Origin: Spirochaetales bacterium
GTDB taxonomy: Bacteria > Spirochaetota > Spirochaetia > JABEVK01
Assembly (NCBI GenBank): GCA_037142615.1
Contig: JBAXAI010000001.1
Span: 320,001 to 384,000 of the forward strand
DNA: 64,000 bases
Direction of reading: 5' to 3'
Every line of letters starts with the position of its first letter. Within the stretch, counting starts at the first letter, position 1. Below, one piece after another: positions 46,342-56,311 of the stretch. The position numbers and the translations under genes are program-made. The notes beneath the pieces were generated by a model. The model was not told the origin of the DNA, made no database searches, and was given only the letters and a program-made list of their open reading frames with translations.

Positions 46342-48684
46342 TTACTTCTTGAAAAGATCGCCCAGACGGAAACTGGAATGGTCGTCATCCTTCTGGATGT
46401 ACTTCGAAATCTCTTCCTTCTGCTGCTGCTTGACGAAATCCTTCAGAGAAAGAGACAGCTTCTGACGCTCAACAGAGACTTCCATCACCAGGACTTTCAG
46501 TTTATCGCCTACGGTCAACGACTTCATGAAGTCATCGGCTGTCTGGTCACGGGTGTCACAGAGGTTCGACTTGGGAATCAACCCCTCGATGTTGCCCAAG
46601 ACACGCAAGAACACGCCAAACTCCGTCTTGCTGACAATGCTTCCCTCAATCGGTGTGCCGCGGGGATAGGACTTTCGGAGACTCTCCCATGGGTCATCAC
46701 CGACCTGCTTGACTCCGAGTCGAATGCGCCGAGCTTCGGTATCGACACTCAGCACCTTCACTTCAACCATTTGCCCGTCCTTGAGTTCGCTGGTCGCGTT
46801 CTTGGACTTCTTGACCCAGGAGAGATCATCCACGTGAAGGAAGCCATCCACGCCCTCTTCCAAGGTCACGAAAGCGCCGACTGGAGTCACTTTCTTCACC
46901 GGAAGCGTAAGCACCTTTCCGACCGGGAACTTGACGGCGGCTTCGTCCCATGGATTGGCCGAAACCTGCTTGAGCCCCAGAGAAATACGAGTCTGTTCCA
47001 TGTCGTAGGCAAGGATTTTCGTTTGAACAATGTCGCCGGGCTTCAGGACTTCCTTGGGGTGTGAAATCCGCTTGACCCAGGACATTTCAGAAATGTGCAC
47101 AAGACCCTCGACGCCTTCTTCGATCTCGATGAAGGCACCGAAATCGGCCAATTTGGTGACCTTTCCGGTGACCACGTCTCCGACTTTGAACTTCTTCTCA
47201 AAGAGGACCCAAGGGTTGACTCCGAGGGCCTTGAGGCTGAGGTTAATCTTCTTTTCGGTGGGATCGAGCTTGACGACCTTGAGCTTGATCTTGTCACCCT
47301 TCTGGACAAAATCCTTTGGTCGCGTCACGTGCCCCCAACTCATGTCATTGAGGTGCAAGAGGCCGTCAAAGCCTCCAAGATCCACAAAAGCACCGAACGA
47401 GGTGAAAGACTTGACTTCCCCTTCGACCACGTCGCCCTCTTTCGTCTTCTGGAAAAACTCGGATCTCTTGACGTCTGTTTCGCGAAGCAACAAATCCCGT
47501 CGATTCAAAACGATGTTGGCAGTCTTTTCCCAGACAAGCTTCTCGACCAGAAACGAACCGACCTTTCCAAGCAGTTCCTCCGGAACTTCGACCCGCACCG
47601 AGTCGGCCTTAGACAAGGGAACGAAAGCTCGATACGTGTGACCGAGATCAACCTCGTACCCACCCTTCACCACTTTTGTAAACTTTCCGGTAAGCGGCGT
47701 TTTCTTCTCATAGGCGTCGTTGAGTTGTTCCCGGAAAGAAATTGCGTCGGCTTTTTCCTTGCTGATTTCAATACTGCCCTTGCTGGATTCCTTTCGTTCA
47801 AGCACGACCTTGACGCGGTCGCCGACTTGAGGAGGAGTCTGAAACTCCGTAAGGGGAATCACTCCGTCGGACTTGTAACCAATTCCGATGCTGACGGAGT
47901 CAGACGAGACGGAAATGACCGTCCCTTCTACAAGGCTGCCTTCCTGGAGGTTTTCGAGATTCTTAAGGTATTCTTCCTGAAGAATGGTCTGGTTGTTGTC
48001 GGTTTCTGCCATGGCTTGCAAAAAACTCCTGGATTGGGGGCTGGATGCGAGAACGATGTCGGCCACTCTGGCACAAACAGCAGCAATGGTCAAGTCAGAG
48101 CAGTCTAGGAAATGAACTCCAGGCATCACCACCAAGGGACCATGTTTCTTGTTCCGGTCGATCGAGTCGCGCTCGCGAATCGCGTCCAGGACTCTCTCAT
48201 AGGCAACGTCCTCAGGACGCTCCTCGAAGCGTCGGCGGGCACGGACCTCGGGGGTTGCGTCAAGAAAGAGCCTGACGTCGGCCTCGGGGAACACGACGCT
48301 GGTGATATCTCGGCCCTCGCAAACTAAACGGTGCTTTTTGCCCAGACTCCGAAAAATCGCGTTGAACTGACTGCGGACTTCGGGCACTTCTGACACTTGG
48401 GCCACCCACACGTCAACTTCAACCGAGTGAAGTTCCGAACCCAGCGGAACGCCATCGACCACGACGGCCCCATCGAGGAACTCCCAATGCAACGAGGCAG
48501 AAAAGGGAACCAAGACCTCGGGCAACCCCAGTTCTGTCGGAAGTAGTCCGGCGCTGAGTGCGCGATAGGTCAACGCGCGATAGAAACGACCGGTGTTGAG
48601 CACCAGACAGCCAAAAGAAGTGGCAAGGTGCCTGGCGATTGTGCTTTTTCCGACTCCGGCAGGACCATCAATGGCGATGACCAT
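46342..48684 (-). CDS. rpsA: Fused cytidylate kinase / 30S ribosomal protein S1
   Basis: IAIDGPAGVGKST, EGRDI, RD..D (Cmk) in frame with six S1 repeats (FGAFVDLG..DGLLH). Confidence 0.93.
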   Translation of the reverse strand: MVIAIDGPAGVGKSTIARHLATSFGCLVLNTGRFYRALTYRALSAGLLPTELGLPEVLVPFSASLHWEFLDGAVVVDGVPLGSELHSVEVDVWVAQVSEVPEVRSQFNAIFRSLGKKHRLVCEGRDITSVVFPEADVRLFLDATPEVRARRRFEERPEDVAYERVLDAIRERDSIDRNKKHGPLVVMPGVHFLDCSDLTIAAVCARVADIVLASSPQSRSFLQAMAETDNNQTILQEEYLKNLENLQEGSLVEGTVISVSSDSVSIGIGYKSDGVIPLTEFQTPPQVGDRVKVVLERKESSKGSIEISKEKADAISFREQLNDAYEKKTPLTGKFTKVVKGGYEVDLGHTYRAFVPLSKADSVRVEVPEELLGKVGSFLVEKLVWEKTANIVLNRRDLLLRETDVKRSEFFQKTKEGDVVEGEVKSFTSFGAFVDLGGFDGLLHLNDMSWGHVTRPKDFVQKGDKIKLKVVKLDPTEKKINLSLKALGVNPWVLFEKKFKVGDVVTGKVTKLADFGAFIEIEEGVEGLVHISEMSWVKRISHPKEVLKPGDIVQTKILAYDMEQTRISLGLKQVSANPWDEAAVKFPVGKVLTLPVKKVTPVGAFVTLEEGVDGFLHVDDLSWVKKSKNATSELKDGQMVEVKVLSVDTEARRIRLGVKQVGDDPWESLRKSYPRGTPIEGSIVSKTEFGVFLRVLGNIEGLIPKSNLCDTRDQTADDFMKSLTVGDKLKVLVMEVSVERQKLSLSLKDFVKQQQKEEISKYIQKDDDHSSFRLGDLFKK

Positions 48685-49435
48685 GCGACTCCCCACTGCC
48701 CTTGGCCAGCATTTTCACTTCGGTCTCGGTGAGTTTTCGAAAACGGCCCGACTCGAGGCCGCGAAGAAGCACCACACCAATTCGCATTCGATGGACCCGT
48801 TTGACTGTGATGTTGCGGCTTTGGAAGACCTTGCGGATCTCGCGGTTCTTGCCTTCGGAAAGGACTAAACGGACCGAGTGAGGACCTGCCATGGCCCAGG
48901 ACTGACACTGAAAATGCTCACCCTGAAACCAAAGTCCTTGTTGAAACTCTTCCAGCAACTCAATCGGGATTTCCTTCTTGGTCTGGACCAGATATTCCTT
49001 TTCCACAGAACTGGAGGGATGGGAAAGGTGCCGCGCCCATTCGCCATCGTTGGTCAGCAGTAGCAAACCACTGGTCATGTAGTCCAAGCGGCCCACCGTG
49101 AACAAACGTTCTTTGACAAACGGTTGGATAAGGTCGAGGGCTAAGTCGCGCTTGGCGTCGTCCTGGGTGCTGCAGACGTACTTGGAGGGCTTGTGCAGGA
49201 CATAGTAAACCTTTCGCAAAGTTTGCGAGATTGCCCTCCCGTCGAGAGCGATCTCGTCGGTTTCGTTGACCCTGGCGCCGGGCTCGCAGACCGTCTTACC
49301 GTTGACCTGGATGCGACCGTTCTGCAGTAATTCGACGGCAGACCGTCTCGAGGCCACACCGGCACGGGCCAGCCACACCTGTAGACGTATGCTTGCTCCC
49401 GATTCAGGATCCAAGTCAGTGTCGTTGGATTTCAA
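48668..49435 (-). CDS. rluB: RsuA/RluB family pseudouridine synthase
   Basis: S4 domain RLQ..LA.AGVASRR, VGRLD..TSGLLLLTNDG, EGKNREIR. Confidence 0.9.
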   Translation of the reverse strand: MKSNDTDLDPESGASIRLQVWLARAGVASRRSAVELLQNGRIQVNGKTVCEPGARVNETDEIALDGRAISQTLRKVYYVLHKPSKYVCSTQDDAKRDLALDLIQPFVKERLFTVGRLDYMTSGLLLLTNDGEWARHLSHPSSSVEKEYLVQTKKEIPIELLEEFQQGLWFQGEHFQCQSWAMAGPHSVRLVLSEGKNREIRKVFQSRNITVKRVHRMRIGVVLLRGLESGRFRKLTETEVKMLAKGSGESHGHRH

Positions 49436-49952
49436 AGCGCTCCCTTTCGGCTTCGTCTAGTCTTGGCAGTTCAGCAATGCTGGACAAGCCGAAGAACTGA
49501 AGAAACTCTTTCGTCGTTCCGTATTGGACTGGGCGTCCGGGGGTATCTTTTCGACCGATTTCCTTGATATAGCCCTTCTCGGCGAGAACTTTCAGCGTTC
49601 CAGTGCTGTTGACACCACGGATTCCGTCAATTTCAACCCTCGTCACGGGTTGTGAGTAGGCGATGATCGACAGCGTCTCGAGCGCGGCTCTGGACATCTT
49701 TTCGTCGGTCTTCTTGCCGTAGTGATGTCGTAGAACTTCCATAAGGTCGCGACGAGGAATCAGAGAGAAGCCTCCGCCGAGTTCCGACAGCTCGACCCCG
49801 CTGCCAGAGCTTGAATAGCGAGCATGGAGAACTCCCAGCGCCCGCGTCACGGAAGCCTCGTCCAAGCGAGTGATGCGGGCCAAGGTTGCCAAATCAACCG
49901 GGTCGGACTCCAGAAAGAGGACAGCCTCGAGAAGGGCTTCCTCATGCGGCAT
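49416..49952 (-). CDS. scpB: SMC-Scp complex subunit ScpB
   Basis: LEAVLF, S.AALETLSIIAY.QPVTR, GRP..YGTT..FL..FGL. Confidence 0.95.
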   Translation of the reverse strand: MPHEEALLEAVLFLESDPVDLATLARITRLDEASVTRALGVLHARYSSSGSGVELSELGGGFSLIPRRDLMEVLRHHYGKKTDEKMSRAALETLSIIAYSQPVTRVEIDGIRGVNSTGTLKVLAEKGYIKEIGRKDTPGRPVQYGTTKEFLQFFGLSSIAELPRLDEAERERFEIQRH

Positions 49953-50679
49953 CGGACAACCCCCGTTGAACACGGATATCACCATACAGACGGCTCTGTG
50001 TCAGGCGAACCTGCCGGGATTTGACAAGTTCCAAGACCGCCAAGAACGCACAGATCACCTCAAGGAGGGAATCGGGGCGCAGGATCAGATCTGTAAAGAG
50101 GAAGGGGCCCCGTGTCTCCAACAGTTCCAGAATCAACGTGATTTTCTCGTTGACAGTTACATCCTCGCGCAGATCCACCAAGCGCTCAGGGCTCAAGGTC
50201 TTCATGATTCGCGAGAAAGTCTGCAACAAGTCCCAAACTTCGACCTGTTCCCAAAACTCATCGGCAGCCTCGAAGGGCAAAACCGGCTGTTTCTTCTTCC
50301 GTTCCCAAATCCAGTCAGCTTCGCCTTCCTGCTCGGCCATGAGTTCGGCCAAGCGCTTGAACTTCTGGTATTCGATCAGGCGAACCACAAGATCCTGGCG
50401 GGGATCGTCGAGTTCGTCCTCCTCGCCTTCGCGCTGGGGTAGCAGTGTGCGACTCTTGATGTAAAGTAAAGTGGCCGCCAGCTGATAGAACTCTGTGACC
50501 TGCTCGAGATCGATCTTCGTTGCCAATCGCAGAACTTCCAGATATTGCTCGGTGATGAGGGCCATCGGTATATCGTAAATGTTGACCTCATTCTTGCGCA
50601 CAAGGAAGAGCAAGAGGTCCAAGGGCCCCTCAAAGTCGGCGAGCTTGAAGGACTGTTTTTCAAATGCTGGGGAAACCAT
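49942..50679 (-). CDS. scpA: Kleisin ScpA
   Basis: FEGPLDLLL.L, IT.QY, A.LL.IKSR.LLP, FLA.LELVK. Confidence 0.95.
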   Translation of the reverse strand: MVSPAFEKQSFKLADFEGPLDLLLFLVRKNEVNIYDIPMALITEQYLEVLRLATKIDLEQVTEFYQLAATLLYIKSRTLLPQREGEEDELDDPRQDLVVRLIEYQKFKRLAELMAEQEGEADWIWERKKKQPVLPFEAADEFWEQVEVWDLLQTFSRIMKTLSPERLVDLREDVTVNEKITLILELLETRGPFLFTDLILRPDSLLEVICAFLAVLELVKSRQVRLTQSRLYGDIRVQRGLSDAA

Positions 50680-50717
50680 ACCGAGAAAAGATTACCACGA
50701 TTCGCAGCAACGCTCAA
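50680..50717 (-). promoter_or_regulatory. Promoter of the scpA-scpB-rluB-cmk/rpsA unit, near-leaderless
   Basis: TTGAGC-17-(TG)G-TAATCT, 9 nt, ATG; lies in the folK 3' end. Confidence 0.5.
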
Positions 50718-51177
50718 CGCCTTGCGCCGCCAGACCCGAAAGGACCTCCGAAAGCAGCAAGTCATGAACTGGATGCCTTAGGCCCGGGGCGATTTCCACC
50801 AGTGGCTCAAGAACAAACTGGCGAACCAGCAATCCTGGATGAGGCAGAGTCAAGCGAGCACCTTCCAGTCGTCTGGAATCAAAGAGGAGCAAATCGAGAT
50901 CCACCGTCCGGGGACCCTTGGGCCGAGCCGGATCGCGCCTGCGCCCGAGCCTGTTTTCCAGCATCTGCAAGCGTTCCAGCAATGTCCAAGGGGAGGAGTT
51001 CCAGACCCCAGACACCACAGCATTCCAGAAGGGAGGCTGATCGGTGTCAATAAGGGGAGCCGTGCGATACAACGAGGAGCATCGCAAAGGCCCTAGCAGG
51101 AGTTCCAAGGTAGTCCGGGCAGAAGCGAAAGCTTCCAGCGTCCGCCCGTCATTGCCTCCGAGCCCCACGGCAACCAC
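50692..51177 (-). CDS. folK: 6-hydroxymethyl-7,8-dihydropterin pyrophosphokinase
   Basis: GLG.N, SSLYRT.P, F.NAV, GPRT.DLDLL, LTLPHP, R.FVL.PL.EI. Confidence 0.93.
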   Translation of the reverse strand: MVAVGLGGNDGRTLEAFASARTTLELLLGPLRCSSLYRTAPLIDTDQPPFWNAVVSGVWNSSPWTLLERLQMLENRLGRRRDPARPKGPRTVDLDLLLFDSRRLEGARLTLPHPGLLVRQFVLEPLVEIAPGLRHPVHDLLLSEVLSGLAAQGVERCCESW

Positions 51178-51179
51178 AG

Positions 51180-52400
51180 CTAGAAAAGTTCCGAATCCTC
51201 GGCCGTCGCGGGCGCCACAGGGACTACGGTAACCTTCGCGGCCTTGGTCTTCGGAGGCTCCAGGCCTGCCCCGGCTACCAGTGCCGCTGCGGCCAGCGCG
51301 TCGGCCGCGATGCGGTTGTTCACCGTCCCCAGGGGCTGGGAACCCGGAATGTCCCGATCCGGGAAAATCAGTTTGCGGAGCTTCTCTTCCAGGGTCTTGC
51401 TCAGTGCGACGTTTTTCTGGAGGAAGTCGCGCGCATTCTCGCGACCCTGCCCGATCCGTTCTTCACCGAAAGAGAACCAGGAACCGCTTTTTTGGACCAA
51501 TTCAAACTTGAGCGCGCAGTCAAGAAGACTGCCGTAGTAGGAGATTCCCTGGCCAAACAGAATTTCAACCTCGGCTTTCCGGAAGGGAGGTGCAACCTTG
51601 TTTTTGACAACCTTGACCCGAACCAAGTTTCCAATGGCCTCATCCTGGCCCTTGTTGATGGTTTCAACCTTGCGAACGTCAAGGCGGACCGAAGCATAGA
51701 ACTTGAGAGCGTTCCCTCCCGTGGTCGTTTCGGGATTGCCGAACATGACCCCAATCTTCATTCGGATTTGATTGATGAAGATAAGGACGGCCCCCGACTT
51801 GGAAATAGTGCCCGTCAATTTCCGCAGGGCCTGACTCATCAATCGAGCCTGCAGACCGACGTGGGAGTCCCCCATTTCACCGTCAATTTCCGCTTGCGGT
51901 GTGAGGGCCGCGACAGAGTCTACAACGATGATATCAACGCCGCCGGAACGGACCAGCGACTCGGTGATTTCAAGGGCCTGCTCCCCGGTGTCGGGCTGAC
52001 TGACCCACAGTTCCTCAATGTTCACGCCGAGGTTCTTGGCGTAGCCGGGATCAAGAGCATGTTCAGCGTCGATAAAGGCTGCCACCCCTCCGTTCTTTTG
52101 CGCCTGAGCGATGGCGTGCAAGGCCAACGTCGTTTTTCCAGACGACTCCGGCCCAAAGATTTCGATGATTCGACCCTTGGGGTAACCACCGATCCCGAGC
52201 GCCTCGTCAATGAGAATAGACCCCGAAGGGATGACTTCCAGCCCCTGCCCTATGGGTCCGTCACCCATTCGGATCAGCGAGCCCTTGCCAAACTGTTTCT
52301 CGATCTGGAGTCTAGCGGCGTCGAGCGCCTTGGACTTCTCTTCTTGATTGCCGGTACGCGAGGCTGTCAAAATGGGCGTTGTTTCTTTTTTGCTGGACAT
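51180..52400 (-). CDS. recA: Recombinase A
   Basis: [42 protein letters not shown]. Confidence 0.98.
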   Translation of the reverse strand: MSSKKETTPILTASRTGNQEEKSKALDAARLQIEKQFGKGSLIRMGDGPIGQGLEVIPSGSILIDEALGIGGYPKGRIIEIFGPESSGKTTLALHAIAQAQKNGGVAAFIDAEHALDPGYAKNLGVNIEELWVSQPDTGEQALEITESLVRSGGVDIIVVDSVAALTPQAEIDGEMGDSHVGLQARLMSQALRKLTGTISKSGAVLIFINQIRMKIGVMFGNPETTTGGNALKFYASVRLDVRKVETINKGQDEAIGNLVRVKVVKNKVAPPFRKAEVEILFGQGISYYGSLLDCALKFELVQKSGSWFSFGEERIGQGRENARDFLQKNVALSKTLEEKLRKLIFPDRDIPGSQPLGTVNNRIAADALAAAALVAGAGLEPPKTKAAKVTVVPVAPATAEDSELF

Positions 52401-52463
52401 GGTCAGGTCTCCTTGCCCTTCCAGACGGAAGGGTACGGCGTCTTGCTTGAGACGTTGGCAAAG

Positions 52464-52492
52464 AATCTACTCGGAATCCGGAGAATTGACAA
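52464..52492 (-). promoter_or_regulatory. recA promoter
   Basis: TTGTCA-17-TAGATT on the minus strand. Confidence 0.6.
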
Positions 52493-52502
52493 GGAAACGG
52501 TA

Positions 52503-53606
52503 CTACGGGGATCGATAACCGACGACATGGATTCCCCGTGATTCGACGCTCCAGTGGCTACCCTCTACCTTCACCTGACCCAGAACGTCGACGACTTGGG
52601 AGTTCTTCAGAAGCGCTGCAAACCCGAGGTGGACGGGAACAACACCTTCGACGACTTGTCCGTCCTGGTAACCCACTAACAGATCCAGGGTAATGGCGTC
52701 CGTTCCGCTCATCAGGTTGGAAACGACGCCCTTCCACTGCACGGTGCAACCCTCGTAGAGTTCCGGAAAGGCCTGAACGTCCCGAAAGTCGGCCGAAACT
52801 TCGGGTCGTGCGAAGTCAGGGACGTGGAGAAACGTCAGCAGCGTCCTGACCCGTTCTTTGGTGGCCGCAGGGGCATTTGACAAAAGAATCCGGTTGATCT
52901 CAAGCCGACAAAGCGAATCTTGGTAGTCTTGGAAGTACTTTTGGAGCTTTGTGAGGTGTTCGCGAAGCTCGTCTGCAGTCAGCGACACCCGGAAGGCCCC
53001 GGAATCCAGTAAAGGGGCCTCGGAAATGCTAGTGGAACTGAGCGCAAGGGAACCTTCGCGAACGCTGCCCACAGGCACAGGCAGCCAACTGACACCCCAC
53101 CAGATTCCCAGCGCCACACAGGGAATCAAGACGAGCACTCCGGTTACCAAGGGAATCCAACGCGGAAGTGCCACACTGCCTTTCCGTTTGGCTGCCCGGG
53201 GCAAGAGTGGATTGGTATCCAGAACCAACCTGCCTCCGGTCTCGGGCCCGCTGAGATACTCCCGCAGGCGCTCAAGGGCTTTTCGAGCGGGTCGGCACCC
53301 GGGGTTCTCATCCAGGACTTCCAGCGCTACCTTTACAGCCCCCGGATAGTCTTTGTTTCGGGCATTCACGGCGATGAGGGCCAAGAGGACTTGCTGGCGG
53401 TCGTCAGGTTCCAGCTGAAGTGCTCGCTCCAGATAGGTTTGCCCCCCCTTCCAGTCCCCGGCTCTCAGGCAGCAAAGGCCCAGAACCCGGTAAAAATCAG
53501 GATTGTTGCGGTTGCTAAGGATCTGAGGCTCAAGGAAGGAAATAGCCTCAGGAAAGCGTCCTCGCCGGTAGAGTTGCCAGGCCTGATCGAGGCGCGGATC
53601 GTCCAT
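52503..53606 (-). CDS. TPR protein with TM and C-terminal OB-fold-like domain
   Basis: N-terminal TPRs, central TM, beta-rich C-terminus (VQWKG.VSN, VEGVVPV). Confidence 0.78.
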   Translation of the reverse strand: MDDPRLDQAWQLYRRGRFPEAISFLEPQILSNRNNPDFYRVLGLCCLRAGDWKGGQTYLERALQLEPDDRQQVLLALIAVNARNKDYPGAVKVALEVLDENPGCRPARKALERLREYLSGPETGGRLVLDTNPLLPRAAKRKGSVALPRWIPLVTGVLVLIPCVALGIWWGVSWLPVPVGSVREGSLALSSTSISEAPLLDSGAFRVSLTADELREHLTKLQKYFQDYQDSLCRLEINRILLSNAPAATKERVRTLLTFLHVPDFARPEVSADFRDVQAFPELYEGCTVQWKGVVSNLMSGTDAITLDLLVGYQDGQVVEGVVPVHLGFAALLKNSQVVDVLGQVKVEGSHWSVESRGIHVVGYRSP

Positions 53607-53611
53607 GGACC

Positions 53612-54679
53612 TCAGGGCTGCACAGCCGCTGCCGCCGGTGTTGTCAGGCTGGACTTGTGGGACTCCAACTGCTCGAGAATCGCCTTGAAGAGTTTAAGGT
53701 CCTCGTCGGTCACCTTGGTCGCATCGACCAGTTTGGCGTTGATCTGAGTCATCAGGTTCTCAAGGCTTTGGAGGTCTTGCTTGACGAGTGAGGCACCGCC
53801 CCCTTCCTGCGTTCGACTTTCTTGCAGCAGATCGCTCAGAACGTTGGCGGTTCCAACCTTTGCGCCCGCGAAAGTGATCGCCGAGCGGTTCCCGAACATG
53901 AGCACGATGTCGCGGCTTGCTCCGGGCGCCAGGTCCTGCGCATCATAGTACTGGGCGACAGCAGAATCGTTGTAGCTGTACGGCAATTGATTGAAATCGC
54001 GCCCTTGGCGGAAGGCCATTTCCCAACTTGCATCGTCCAGTCGTTTCCAGTTGGCAAACACCAGCCTCGAAGGTGTCGTGGCCCCCTTGCCCAGCATCAT
54101 CAACAACCCGATCTTCTCGTCCGTGGAAGAAGGACTAACCCACCAGTCCGGCAAGTTCCCTTCAAGCTTGCTTTCCGAGTTCACCGTTTCGCCGCCAGAA
54201 AGCTTGAAATGGTCCTTCTTCTCGCCCAGATTTGTGTCGATTCCAACGCGTACGGCAGGTCTCAACGTCTGCGTATCGGAGAGATTCGTCAGCGAGAGCG
54301 TTTCTTTGACTCCGTCGGCCACCGAAGAGGCGGCAGACGTAAGGAACTCAAAGGTCTGAGTCACCTTCAAAGTCTTTCCGGTCCACACGATTTTTCCCCC
54401 GACGGCGGTTGTTTCGGCGACGGGTACGTACGTGGAGTCTTCTCCGAGCACCGAGACCTTGTCTCCGAGCTGAATCTTGATTTTGGAAGTCGCCGGGTCG
54501 TCCGACGAATAAAGCGCAACAGGTACGGGATTGGCGATGTCGTCGGTGTAGATAACAGTCATGCGGCCATTCTTGTCGCCCACATTCAGTTTGATCTTGC
54601 CTCGCTGAAGCTCAAAGCCGGTGGAAACGCCCGAAAATAGCGCGAGGGAAACAAGTGCAAAGACAACTTTATTTCGCAT
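53612..54679 (-). CDS. Secreted hypothetical protein
   Basis: Signal peptide, beta-rich body (IDTNLGE, FANWKRL, NDSAV), C-terminal coiled coil. Confidence 0.78.
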   Translation of the reverse strand: MRNKVVFALVSLALFSGVSTGFELQRGKIKLNVGDKNGRMTVIYTDDIANPVPVALYSSDDPATSKIKIQLGDKVSVLGEDSTYVPVAETTAVGGKIVWTGKTLKVTQTFEFLTSAASSVADGVKETLSLTNLSDTQTLRPAVRVGIDTNLGEKKDHFKLSGGETVNSESKLEGNLPDWWVSPSSTDEKIGLLMMLGKGATTPSRLVFANWKRLDDASWEMAFRQGRDFNQLPYSYNDSAVAQYYDAQDLAPGASRDIVLMFGNRSAITFAGAKVGTANVLSDLLQESRTQEGGGASLVKQDLQSLENLMTQINAKLVDATKVTDEDLKLFKAILEQLESHKSSLTTPAAAAVQP

Positions 54680-55577
54680 TTTGATCCTTCCAAGTCAGAT
54701 AGAAGGACTTCAGGTCCAGCGCCCGGGACTTGAGCTCCAGAAGGGCAATGGTCTTGCTTTGGTCTGCCGCCTCGGTTACGACCCTCTCGGCACCCCCGGC
54801 CATCTGCACCTTGAGCGCAGCGATCTGCGCATCCTTCTGCTTGATCGTTTCTTCCAGGGTCGTCGTTCGGGCCCCCGTGTCGGTTGCCTGCAACTCGAGC
54901 AACTTCTTTTGGTAGGTCGCCAGCGACTGCTGGTAGGCTTTTTCACGCCGCTGAAACTCTTCTGCCGAGTTCATGGATTCGGTGTGGGACCACTGGAGAA
55001 GTTTCATCAGCTCATCCTCCCGTTGCTTCAGACTGATAACCGCCAGTCGGTACCGACTGGCTTCCAGCTTGAAGCTCGAGGGATAGCCCTGAACGATCCG
55101 GTTGTAGAAAACCGCGGCATCCTGATAGCGACCTAGGGACCAAGCCGACTCACCCATCCAGAACAGGGCGTTTGCCACCAGTTCACCGGTAGGCGAGATT
55201 TCCAGAAACTGTCCGAAGGCCTGCAAGGCCTTTTCAAAGTCATTCTGGGAGTAGGCGATGCGTCCTTTGACGTAGGCCGCTTCCGTTTGACCAACGTCGC
55301 GGGGGAAGGTCTGGATGTAGTAGTCGAGATTGAGCGTCGCGTTGCCCGTATCGAGCAACGCCAAGTAGGTCTTGGACAACCAGAGGTAAGAGTCAGGGAC
55401 GGCCCGAGTGGCCGGGTCTGCGACGACTTGCTGAAACAGACTAAGAGCCGACAGGTACTCGCCCCGCGAATAGTAGTCCCTTCCCTGCTCGAGGAGCTTG
55501 AGCGAAGTGGAGTCGGTCTGGGCTTGAGCCAAGCTGGAACAGGCCAACAAGAGTGCTAGGAGAACGCTACGGATCAT
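54669..55577 (-). CDS. Secreted TPR protein (CpoB/BamD-like repeats) with coiled-coil tail
   Basis: Signal peptide; ANALFWMGES and YP.S TPR motifs. Confidence 0.82.
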   Translation of the reverse strand: MIRSVLLALLLACSSLAQAQTDSTSLKLLEQGRDYYSRGEYLSALSLFQQVVADPATRAVPDSYLWLSKTYLALLDTGNATLNLDYYIQTFPRDVGQTEAAYVKGRIAYSQNDFEKALQAFGQFLEISPTGELVANALFWMGESAWSLGRYQDAAVFYNRIVQGYPSSFKLEASRYRLAVISLKQREDELMKLLQWSHTESMNSAEEFQRREKAYQQSLATYQKKLLELQATDTGARTTTLEETIKQKDAQIAALKVQMAGGAERVVTEAADQSKTIALLELKSRALDLKSFYLTWKDQNAK

Positions 55578-55580
55578 TAT

Positions 55581-56249
55581 TCACCGCCTCAAAGACTTCA
55601 GTTGCCGAAGATACCCGGCCTGGTCGGGGGAATCGAAGAAGGCCGAACCCGTTACAAGAATATCGGCACCGGCCTTCACAATCTCAACGGCCGTCGTGGC
55701 GTTTACTCCGCCGTCGATGGAGATGCGAAACTTGTAGCCGCCTTGACTGCGGAGTTCTGCCAGACGAGCCAAACGCCCACTCGTCTCAGGAAGGTACTTC
55801 TGCCCACCAAAACCAGGGTTGATTCCCATGACAAGCACGAGATCCAAGTAGGGAAGCAGCGCGCTCAAGTGTTCTATCGGGGTCGAGGGAACCAGCGAGA
55901 TACCCGCAAGCTTGCCGGCATCATGGATTCGTTGGACAAGTCGGTGATGATGTACGGCCGCTTCCCAATGAAACGTGACCGCGTCGGCGCCCGCCTGGAT
56001 GTAGTTCTCGAGCAGGGCCTCGGGATGTTCCACCATCAGGTGGACGTCAAAGAACAAATCACTATGCTTGCGCATCGCCTGGATGAGTGGCGGACCAAAG
56101 GTCAGGTTGGGGACAAAATGGCCATCCATCACATCGAGGTGGATCCAAGACGCTCCAGCCGACTTGACCCGGGCCAACTCCTGAGCCAGGAACGCGAAGT
56201 CGGCCGACAGGAGCGAAGGCGCGGGGATAATCGAGTTTAGTTGTTCCAT
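55581..56249 (-). CDS. rpe: Ribulose-phosphate 3-epimerase
   Basis: APSLLSADF, HLDVMDGHFVPNLTFG, DVHLM, PGFGGQ, IDGG. Confidence 0.97.
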   Translation of the reverse strand: MEQLNSIIPAPSLLSADFAFLAQELARVKSAGASWIHLDVMDGHFVPNLTFGPPLIQAMRKHSDLFFDVHLMVEHPEALLENYIQAGADAVTFHWEAAVHHHRLVQRIHDAGKLAGISLVPSTPIEHLSALLPYLDLVLVMGINPGFGGQKYLPETSGRLARLAELRSQGGYKFRISIDGGVNATTAVEIVKAGADILVTGSAFFDSPDQAGYLRQLKSLRR

Positions 56250-56311
56250 AACTCTATTTCTAACAAAAAAATGGGTCCCCCGTCCAGAATATTCGAAGAA
56301 AAACGCCTGAA

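Noticed and set aside
52486-52515. Plus-strand TTGACA upstream of recA
   Set aside because: No -10 at the right spacing; it overlaps the minus-strand recA -35.
51492-52541. 349-aa + ORF
   Set aside because: Antisense shadow of recA caused by codon bias.
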